A DNA stretch of 11,290 bases from Nitrospirota bacterium (lineage in GTDB: Bacteria; Nitrospirota; UBA9217), in assembly GCA_029858565.1 (NCBI GenBank), contig JAOUEV010000087.1, forward strand, positions 1-11,290. The letters are read 5' to 3'. The position numbers and the translations under genes were made by a program. This document shows, in pieces, positions 1-6,935 of the stretch (positions within the stretch are counted from its first letter, which is position 1; each line of letters begins with the position of its first letter). The notes under the pieces are model-generated. The model was not told the origin of the DNA. It did not search any database and worked only from the letters and a program-made list of their open reading frames with translations.

Positions 1-705
1 ATTAAGAAACCAATTAATTTGATAGAGGTCTGGATTTTTGGCAAACAGCTGTAATATCTCATCCCTATGCGCCAGATTGCCGAGCATCCTGCATATTGAA
101 GCAAGAAGCCAATAGTCTTCATCATAATCAAGGGTTAGACGTAATTTCAATTGGTGGGTTTGCGTTTCGGGAAGTACTACGCTGCGAAGACCCTTGATTT
201 TTTCCACGTAATACCACATCATCTCGGTATCCGCCTCGTCAGACAGGCCTGTGCAGGCCTGCTTTACAACATCAGCGGTAAGGGAGTAACCAACGCTTGC
301 ACCGCCGGCCGACGACGACGGTGTCGGGCAGATCATGTCATATTTGCCGTCGGCAAGAAGCTGCATGCTTCGCTTCATTTCGTCGCCATCGAAAAAAGGA
401 TCGTCCGCATCAACGGTATGAAAGGCCGAAATCCGAAAGTACGAGGCGCAATCAGACCAGCGCTTGAGTTTGTTGACCATCGATCCTCGAAAGCATCTGA
501 CTTTTTCTGACTCTGCTATCTTTTCAAGAATATCGTCCGACGGGTCAGTGCTGGTACAGACGATGGGATCAATGCCGTAATGACGTGCGCGGCGGATCAC
601 ATGCTCAATCACATTGCAATCGCCAAAAGGAAGAAGACACTTCTTCGGCAGTCGCGACGACGATGTTCTTACCGTGATAAATCCGACCGGCAAATCAGCG
701 GCCAT
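1..705 (-). CDS. SpsF/KdsB/NeuA-like (CTP_transf_3) ulosonate cytidylyltransferase, partial (3' end beyond left window edge)
   Basis: Not in the ORF track because there is no stop in the window. Manual translation from ATG 705 (alternative ATG 714; in-frame TAA just upstream) is open to base 1: MAADLPVGFITVRTSSSRLPKKCLLPFGDCNVIEHVIRRA...VCTSTDPSDDIL...FRGS...VDADDPF...RLTLDYDEDY.... The RxxSSRLPxK, TS-xxx-SDD, FRGS and RLTLDYxED motifs are typical of SpsF-like cytidylyltransferases. SD-like AAAGGATGGTG precedes 705. Confidence 0.85.
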   Translation of the reverse strand, partial: MAADLPVGFITVRTSSSRLPKKCLLPFGDCNVIEHVIRRARHYGIDPIVCTSTDPSDDILEKIAESEKVRCFRGSMVNKLKRWSDCASYFRISAFHTVDADDPFFDGDEMKRSMQLLADGKYDMICPTPSSSAGGASVGYSLTADVVKQACTGLSDEADTEMMWYYVEKIKGLRSVVLPETQTHQLKLRLTLDYDEDYWLLASICRMLGNLAHRDEILQLFAKNPDLYQINWFLN

Positions 706-777
706 AATCACCATCCTTTACAACACAGTATCTTTATCTTTTCTTTGCCTTTATCGGTGTTGTGGCATGCTTCTTTG

Positions 778-1386
778 TCATACAGCCTTCCGAAAATATT
801 CAGCTTCGACCAGCCCGCACAAAATATGGCCCAACATGATATGGCTTTCCTGAATACGGGCGGTCTCCGCGGAGGGTATGCAGATGCACTCGCATAAATC
901 GCGCAGGCGGCCACCGCTCCGGCCGGTCCAGCCCACGGTCGTAATTCCCATCTCCCGCGCGATTTCCACCGCCGCAAGGATATTTGGGCTGTTGCCGCTG
1001 GTGGTGATAGGGATGAAGACGTCCCCGGGTCTTGCGATCGACCGCAGCTCCCGTGCGAATACCTTCTCGTACCCGTAGTCATTCCCTATCGCGCTGATTG
1101 CCGAGTTGTTTGTACCTAGCGCAAGCGACGGCAGCGGATCACGGTCGAACATAAACCGAGACGTGAATTCCGCGGAAAGATGCTGGGCATCGGCGAAACT
1201 GCCGCCATTGCCGCAGAAAATAATCTTTCCGCCCGATCGCAAGGTCTTCAAGCAGGCTTGGGCCGAGCGTTCGAGCTGCTCAAGAATACTGCCGTCGTTC
1301 AATATGCTCTGTTTGACCGCAATCGAAGCTTCAATCTGCTGACGTATCGTATCGATCAGCAGCGTCCCCTGCGTGCCCATGTTCAT
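778..1386 (-). CDS. gmhA: D-sedoheptulose 7-phosphate isomerase (SIS domain)
   Basis: Motifs CGNGGSFADAQH, AIGNDYGY, TSGNSPN, TGRSGG, IQESHIMLGHILC. ATGA overlap with the upstream synthase stop (1383-1386); alternative ATG at 1380. Confidence 0.93.
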   Translation of the reverse strand: MNMGTQGTLLIDTIRQQIEASIAVKQSILNDGSILEQLERSAQACLKTLRSGGKIIFCGNGGSFADAQHLSAEFTSRFMFDRDPLPSLALGTNNSAISAIGNDYGYEKVFARELRSIARPGDVFIPITTSGNSPNILAAVEIAREMGITTVGWTGRSGGRLRDLCECICIPSAETARIQESHIMLGHILCGLVEAEYFRKAV

Positions 1387-3275
1387 AGCGTTCCCTCGAG
1401 TCTTTCCATCGCGATCCAGAACCCTTCCCCGCCGTTCTTATGCCCCTGCCATATCTCGGGAATGAAGGACGCGTCAGGACACTTGTCCTTGAAGATCTTT
1501 CCAAGACGAACAAAGTCGATTTCCCCTTCTCCCACCTGCAACCCCTCTCCATTCAAGCCTTTTGCATCGCCCATATGAATGTGCGCCGTATAGGGGGCTA
1601 TTTGCTCGGAGAACTCGTAGAAATCGACTCCGTAGTAATTGCATGTAAGCCGGCTGTGCGAAATGTCGTAGCACATGCGGATTCCCAGCTTTTTGCACCA
1701 TGGAACGATTTCGTCGATCTTTACGAACATATTCTGGTACCGCTGTCCCCCAAAATGCCACGGGAACGGAGCCATGGTTTGCGGGATGAACTCAACGCCG
1801 TCCCTGTCGAGTTCGTCGAGACTGCGGGCAAAACGTTCATAATACCCCGGGACCGCGGCGGCAGGCAGCGGTGCATCCATGGTGAAACCGCCGACATTCG
1901 CAACGATCGGGGGTCTCTTGGTTTTTGGAAAAAACCGCTTTAGGCCTCGCGTGATGTCTATGACCCGCTGGGTTTCCCGGAGCGATTGTTCGCGATAGGC
2001 TTTGTCAGGGGTCGCCAAGTCCATAAGATGGCTGCCGGCAAACAACTCCGGCGCGTGAACAACGAAGTCAAAGGGATATTCTCCCTGAAGAAACTTCGAC
2101 GGATCGATGTCCATATCGGAGTAGGAAAGATGAAATTCAAAAAGGTCGGGCCGGATCTTATTCCGGTATTCGTCGAAATCGTGATAGCGGACCGGCACGC
2201 CCCAGGGGCGTTTGAAGGCGTATGCTCGCGGTTCGATGCGCTTGTCGCTCAGGTCCGAGGGATAGAAGAAATCCTCGGCCGTCATATCCCTTTGCAGCGT
2301 GCGGCCCAGGAGCTTTTCATAGTTCTGGGGCGAGAGCCCCTGTCCCGGACTGCGCACGATGACATGTTCTGCCGTAAGGACCGTTCCCTTTCGAAGATCA
2401 CCTGCCGCGACCAGGCTTTTGCCCAGGTTTTCCCGGTTGATCATCTCGCCCTGCGACAGCCGGCGTTCTGTCCCGTCCCCCATGGCCTGTTCGATCTCGC
2501 GGATACCTTCCACGAGCCGCCTGAACTCAATAGGTTCAAGACTTGCCGCATGATCAGGGCCTTCCATGGTCCGGTCGAGCGTAAAGTGCCGTTCGATCAT
2601 ACAGGCCCCAAGCGCTACCGCGGCAAGCGATACCGCTGTCCCCCGCTCATGTCCGGAATAACCGACGAACGGATGAACCTTCTTTAGCTGGTCAAGCCAG
2701 CGCAGTTGGATGTCATGCAACGGGGCCGGGTACGTGCTGTTGCAGTGGAGCAGGATGAATTTTGATTTACGTCGATTCAAGAAGTCGACAGAAATACGGA
2801 CTTCCTCGGTTCTGCTCATGCCCGTCGACAGGATTAGAGGTTTTCCGGTTGCGCTCAGCCGATCGAGCAGCGGAAGATTGGTGAGGTCTGCAGAGGCAAC
2901 CTTGTACGCGGGAACCGGAAAGGTTTCCAGCACCTCGATACTGCGTTCGTCCCATGGCGTACAGAGGTACAGGATCCCTTTGCGACCGCAGTATTCCGCC
3001 AGTTCGCGGTGTTCATCGACCGAGAGCTCGAATCGCCTCAGCAGGTCGAGCACATATTCCGTGCTCAGGTCTTCGCCGCGCTTATGCAGTGAGCGCTGAC
3101 GATACACCTGGTCCAGATGTCGCATCTGGAATTTTGCGCAATCCGCTCCCGCGGCAGACGCCTGATCGATTAGCTCCCTGGCGCGATCGATGCTGCCATT
3201 ATGATTGTTCCCTATCTCGGCGATGATAAACACCCTGCCGGACCCTACCTGGTGATTGCCTATGGTAATATTCAT
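1383..3275 (-). CDS. NeuB-family PEP-dependent ulosonic acid synthase (NeuB + SAF/AFP-like domain) fused to a C-terminal xylose-isomerase-like TIM-barrel domain
   Basis: N-terminal ~340 aa carry NeuB motifs IIAEIGNNHNG, KFQ, YKVASAD, ILSTGMS, LLHCNSTYP, GYSGHE, IERHFTLD, GPDHAASL, followed by an SAF-like segment (KSLVAAGDLRKGTVLT...RSPGQGL). The remaining ~280 aa (about 1383-2230) have DISH, HIHMGD and PEIW, a metal-ligand pattern of the sugar-phosphate isomerase/epimerase (AP_endonuc_2) fold. Product sugar unknown, so no gene symbol. Confidence 0.88.
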   Translation of the reverse strand: MNITIGNHQVGSGRVFIIAEIGNNHNGSIDRARELIDQASAAGADCAKFQMRHLDQVYRQRSLHKRGEDLSTEYVLDLLRRFELSVDEHRELAEYCGRKGILYLCTPWDERSIEVLETFPVPAYKVASADLTNLPLLDRLSATGKPLILSTGMSRTEEVRISVDFLNRRKSKFILLHCNSTYPAPLHDIQLRWLDQLKKVHPFVGYSGHERGTAVSLAAVALGACMIERHFTLDRTMEGPDHAASLEPIEFRRLVEGIREIEQAMGDGTERRLSQGEMINRENLGKSLVAAGDLRKGTVLTAEHVIVRSPGQGLSPQNYEKLLGRTLQRDMTAEDFFYPSDLSDKRIEPRAYAFKRPWGVPVRYHDFDEYRNKIRPDLFEFHLSYSDMDIDPSKFLQGEYPFDFVVHAPELFAGSHLMDLATPDKAYREQSLRETQRVIDITRGLKRFFPKTKRPPIVANVGGFTMDAPLPAAAVPGYYERFARSLDELDRDGVEFIPQTMAPFPWHFGGQRYQNMFVKIDEIVPWCKKLGIRMCYDISHSRLTCNYYGVDFYEFSEQIAPYTAHIHMGDAKGLNGEGLQVGEGEIDFVRLGKIFKDKCPDASFIPEIWQGHKNGGEGFWIAMERLEGTL

Positions 3276-4660
3276 GTTTGATCCGCTTCAACATGGTGTT
3301 TTCGTTCACGAGCCGACCATGCACGCAGTCCTTCCTGTTCAAAACGGAATGGTCGGACCTTCAGCCCCGCATGGTCCAAGTGGTCGCAGAATTCGTTCTT
3401 TCGGAAGGGAGGAACATAGAATATAAAGAAACCGCCGCCGCCCGCGCCGAGCAATTTTCCGCCGACAGCTCCGTTTCGCAGAGCATCTTCGTAGATCTGG
3501 TCCAGCCTGCCATTTGAGATCTGGGAGCTGAACTTGCGTTTGAACTGCCACGCTTCATGCAGGGATTGCCCGAACTGCAGGAGCCTGCCCCGAAGCAGAT
3601 GATTGCGCATGCGATAGGTCAGCTCCACGTTCATCTGAACCTGTTTGCGAATATCCGATTGTTGCATATGCCGCCGCTGATCCTGATGGATATTTCCCGA
3701 GTTGTGTGTTGTGCCGGTATCGCAGAGAACAAGGCTCTCCTCGAGTTCAAGCAGTGTATCAGGATGGACCCGGAGCGGGTGCACGATGTTCTGGTCCATC
3801 CGGAATTCCATGAAGTTGAATCCGCCGAAGACCGTGGCGTACTGGTCCTGCCAGCCCCCGGCAATGCCGAGATAGAGCCGTTCCGCCTGGAAGGCGAGTT
3901 CGGAGAGCTCATGTAAGTCCCATTGATCCCTGCGAAACTGATTGAAACAGCCAAGCACAACGGCAGCCACGACAGCAGAGCCGCCAAGGCCGGAGTTCAT
4001 GGGGAAATCCGACTGGAGATAAAGCTCAAACCCGAAATCCGGATGCACCGCCTTGAGCAATGCTTGGATGAGCCCATACTGCCCTTTTTGCGTCAACGCG
4101 CTGTGCAGGTCGGGAGCCTGCAGGGTTTCCCCGAGGTCACGCGAATGAATAAACACCTGGTTATCGGACCGCATCCGCAGGGTTGCATGGCTGTAGAGCG
4201 AAATGGTCGTATTGATGACCGCGCCATCCTCTCCAGCGAAGAAGTGCGTCAGGTCTGATCCCCCGCCGCCGAAACTGATCCGCACCGGCGACCGGGCCCG
4301 GGCGTAGATCCGTTCTTCCGCCTGCACCGGAAGTCGATCCCGGCTGACAATGCCGGTCAAGCGCCTCTCGGCATCGAGCAACGGGATCACGCGAATGCTG
4401 TGATCGAGTTGTTTGAGGAGGATCTCCCGGGGCGTTGCTTCATCGGCCCAAATAAAGTCAGGATTTGCACAGGTCCCGATCCGATCATCAAGCGATACGC
4501 CTTCTACGAGGCGTTGCCGGATATCGCCGTCAGTTGCAAGACCGACCACCGCCCCGGTTTGATCGGTTACGAGGATGATGCCATGCTGGTTTGCACTGAT
4601 CTGCTTGAGCGCATTCCGTAACGGGGCCTCCTCCGATATGACGAAAAGACTGAGGTTCAC
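3272..4660 (-). CDS. hddA: CBS-domain / GHMP kinase fusion, D-glycero-alpha-D-manno-heptose 7-phosphate kinase-like
   Basis: GHMP motifs RSPVRISFGGGGSD, PMNSGLGGS, GGWQDQY, GGKLLGAGGGG. N-terminal ~110 aa are a CBS pair (GLATDGDIR; VIPLLDAERRLTGIVS). Start moved from the track's 4696 to GTG 4660, which overlaps the hddC stop (GTGA) and follows AAAGGAAA. Confidence 0.87.
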   Translation of the reverse strand: MNLSLFVISEEAPLRNALKQISANQHGIILVTDQTGAVVGLATDGDIRQRLVEGVSLDDRIGTCANPDFIWADEATPREILLKQLDHSIRVIPLLDAERRLTGIVSRDRLPVQAEERIYARARSPVRISFGGGGSDLTHFFAGEDGAVINTTISLYSHATLRMRSDNQVFIHSRDLGETLQAPDLHSALTQKGQYGLIQALLKAVHPDFGFELYLQSDFPMNSGLGGSAVVAAVVLGCFNQFRRDQWDLHELSELAFQAERLYLGIAGGWQDQYATVFGGFNFMEFRMDQNIVHPLRVHPDTLLELEESLVLCDTGTTHNSGNIHQDQRRHMQQSDIRKQVQMNVELTYRMRNHLLRGRLLQFGQSLHEAWQFKRKFSSQISNGRLDQIYEDALRNGAVGGKLLGAGGGGFFIFYVPPFRKNEFCDHLDHAGLKVRPFRFEQEGLRAWSARERKHHVEADQT

Positions 4661-5370
4661 AGAGTTTCCTTTTTTTCGGACCGGATCCAATGACAAAAGC
4701 GGAAATAGTCTTCCGGTATCCCGATATCAATGAAGGGCGTGTCCAATGAAACGGCATGTAGGCGGCCGCTTGCTGCAAGATGAACGAAGAGGTCTTTTTC
4801 CAGTGAGAACGGCCTTCCGTCCCATTGCAGGAAAACATCTGCAGTTAAATGGTATAAACCCGCGTTGATCAAACCGGCCCCTGCGTTTTCATGCTTCTCA
4901 CGGAATGCGAGCACTGTATCCTGCTCTATGTGAACAGCGCCATAACGGCCGGCATCGTTCATACGAACAGCCGCTAGAGCCGGCGGCTGGGTCATGGAGA
5001 TCTGTCGAATTCCAGACCCCAGCCAGGTATCAGCATTGACAACCAGGAATGAACCGGCGAGCCCGAGCTTCCTGACGGCAAAGGCGACCGCGCCGCCAGT
5101 TCCCATCGGTTCAGGTTCGATCACGGTGTCGATCTTGCAGCCTTTTAACAGACCGGTAACTTGTTCCTCAGCCAGGTACTGTTCGATCTGCTCAGCTTGA
5201 TGATGCAGCAGGAAACAAAAGTGGCTGATCCCCTGAACTATCCATTGCTCAATCAAATAGTGTAGAAATGGCCGCCCTTCCACCGGTGCGAGAGGTTTGG
5301 GTACCTCAGAAACAGCAGAGCGAAGTCTTGTTCCAAATCCTCCTGCGAGCACCAATAGTTCAGGCGTCAT
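4657..5370 (-). CDS. hddC: Sugar-1-phosphate nucleotidyltransferase, heptose 1-phosphate guanylyltransferase-like
   Basis: LVLAGGFGTRL...PKPLAPV, EPEPMGTGGA, NADT, INAGLY, FIDIGIPEDY; 237-aa single domain next to hddA/gmhA/gmhB. Confidence 0.85.
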   Translation of the reverse strand: MTPELLVLAGGFGTRLRSAVSEVPKPLAPVEGRPFLHYLIEQWIVQGISHFCFLLHHQAEQIEQYLAEEQVTGLLKGCKIDTVIEPEPMGTGGAVAFAVRKLGLAGSFLVVNADTWLGSGIRQISMTQPPALAAVRMNDAGRYGAVHIEQDTVLAFREKHENAGAGLINAGLYHLTADVFLQWDGRPFSLEKDLFVHLAASGRLHAVSLDTPFIDIGIPEDYFRFCHWIRSEKKETL

Positions 5371-6217
5371 GTGGAATTCGCTCTAAAAAGGCGATAAGGG
5401 TATCGCATTTCCCAATTGAAGCAAGGGACGCCGAATAAGCGGCATGCAGCGCCTCACTGTCGAGAAACTGCCAGTGCTTGTGACCGCCGGGCTGGTGGCG
5501 ACTGAGCCAGTAGAGATGATTGGACAGCGGATATCTCTGATGTTGCTGGATCGAGACTATCCGCAGGCCGGCCTGGTCCGCCAGCTGCCGCAGGTTATCC
5601 GCGTTAAACAAGAAAAGATGCTTGCTCCAGTAGGTAAAACGCTGGAACGCCTCGTTTTCGTAGAGCGTCAGCAGCGAATCTTCGGCATTGGGCACTTCAA
5701 GAATAAGCTTTCCATGATTCTTAAGTCGAGATGCCAGCTCTTTCAGCATGGTGCGGGGATCAGGCAGGTGTTCTATCACATGGAAAGCAGTGATCAAGTC
5801 ATACCCATCGCCAGCATCTGTGATATTCTCATGCAGAGCGATTGTATTTCCCCAATATGCCCTTACGCGTCGTTCCGGCTCAACTCCGGATACTTCAGCA
5901 GCTAACGTCTGAGCCTTGCGCAGGAAGCCTGCCGCACCGCAGCCGAAATCCAGCACTTTGCTATTGACCAGAAATCCCTTGAACATTTCAAAACGGCGGT
6001 CATCATCTGCTTCGGCGCCGCGCAGCCATGATTCCATAGACGGGACAGCGTCGCCGTGCATCCCCGATTCTTCATAGTGCCCGTCTGAAATGTGGTTAAG
6101 AGAGCTTAGCATCACAAGTCCGCAGTGCTCACACTCAAGGATTTCCAAAGAAGGATCATCACGGACAGCACCGGTGCGGACTTTGAACTCATTATGATTG
6201 CAGATATAGCATTTCAT
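5360..6217 (-). CDS. Class I SAM-dependent methyltransferase with N-terminal CxxC...CxxC zinc ribbon
   Basis: CYIC...CEHC at the N-terminus, SAM motif I VLDFGCGAAG, FHVIEHLPDP, LEVPN; overlaps the hddC start by 11 nt. Confidence 0.85.
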   Translation of the reverse strand: MKCYICNHNEFKVRTGAVRDDPSLEILECEHCGLVMLSSLNHISDGHYEESGMHGDAVPSMESWLRGAEADDDRRFEMFKGFLVNSKVLDFGCGAAGFLRKAQTLAAEVSGVEPERRVRAYWGNTIALHENITDAGDGYDLITAFHVIEHLPDPRTMLKELASRLKNHGKLILEVPNAEDSLLTLYENEAFQRFTYWSKHLFLFNADNLRQLADQAGLRIVSIQQHQRYPLSNHLYWLSRHQPGGHKHWQFLDSEALHAAYSASLASIGKCDTLIAFLERIPHDA

Positions 6218-6319
6218 GGTGTCATACCCGGGCGATCGAATAGGTAGCGGATCGCAAAGCTCTTATTCCATTTCCATCGCGTGGCTCCCGCGGAGTGCGT
6301 GATCATCATAGACCGTGCG

Positions 6320-6862
6320 TTACCGCCGGATGGCATAGGTTGCCGCTTCAAGGAACGAATCAACAACTGGATAAGTGCCTGACAAATCGTTTTCTGCAAG
6401 CATCTTACGGAGGTCATGCAGGGCAGTATCGACACCTATACCGCCGCATCCAAGTTTCTTTGCCGTCAATAGATCGGTAACGTTGTCACCGATGTAGCAC
6501 AGGTCATTTGCTGCAGCCCCATACTCTGCCATGATCTCCCGTCCGAACTTGGAGGAAGGCTTTCTGTAATCAGCGGGCTGTTCCGGCGATTCTGGTGCCA
6601 TGCATACTCTTTCAAAGAGATCGCTGCCAAGTCCAATCTGCCTCAGCATCTCCTGATTGCAGCGCTCGGCATCGTGATAGGAAAAATATCCTCTTCCTAC
6701 TCCCGACTGATTCGTATGCAGGAATAATCTGCATCCCGATTGTTTCAGGATCTGAAGCCCCTCTTTCACGGTCGGTAGTATGCGCACTTTCTCTGGGTCG
6801 CAGAGATAGGGAATATGCTCGATCAGTGTGCCGTCCCTGTCAATAATTATATGTTTTGCCAT
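6320..6862 (-). CDS. gmhB: HAD-IIIA phosphatase, D-glycero-D-manno-heptose 1,7-bisphosphate phosphatase-like
   Basis: DRDGTL (motif I), TNQSGVGRG (motif II), RKP (motif III), IGDNVTD (motif IV); heptose-pathway neighbourhood. Confidence 0.87.
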   Translation of the reverse strand: MAKHIIIDRDGTLIEHIPYLCDPEKVRILPTVKEGLQILKQSGCRLFLHTNQSGVGRGYFSYHDAERCNQEMLRQIGLGSDLFERVCMAPESPEQPADYRKPSSKFGREIMAEYGAAANDLCYIGDNVTDLLTAKKLGCGGIGVDTALHDLRKMLAENDLSGTYPVVDSFLEAATYAIRR

Positions 6863-6935
6863 GCTCGATGAATAAATAAATCTTCATTAGTTGACGCGAT
6901 GAAATATTGCGTCCACCGCGGGATACCAGCGCCGG

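Noticed and set aside
244-321. Short repeats CAGGCCTG x2 and (CGA)n
   Set aside because: Inside coding sequence and explained by codons (e.g. Ser-Ser-Ser); no array structure.
151-897. Plus-strand ORFs 151-510, 580-897 and 614-853
   Set aside because: Antisense shadows of the minus-strand cytidylyltransferase and gmhA; no recognisable motifs.
1440-3226. Long plus-strand ORFs such as 1440-1943, 1986-2687 and 2710-3099
   Set aside because: Entirely antisense to the synthase gene; expected in GC-rich coding DNA and lacking any family signature.
4670-4676. A7 tract (minus strand) at the hddC end / hddA RBS as a phase-variation site
   Set aside because: Too short and explained by Glu/Lys codons and the purine-rich RBS.
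6214-6435. 73-aa minus-strand ORF whose stop overlaps the methyltransferase ATG (possible coupling peptide from MMITHS...)
   Set aside because: Half overlaps gmhB out of frame, no SD or motif; the ATGA overlap arises automatically from the ATG-AAA start.
6883-6903. GACGCGAT/ATTGCGTC inverted repeat between galE and gmhB as a terminator
   Set aside because: Has an A-C mismatch on the transcribed strand and no adjacent U-tract.
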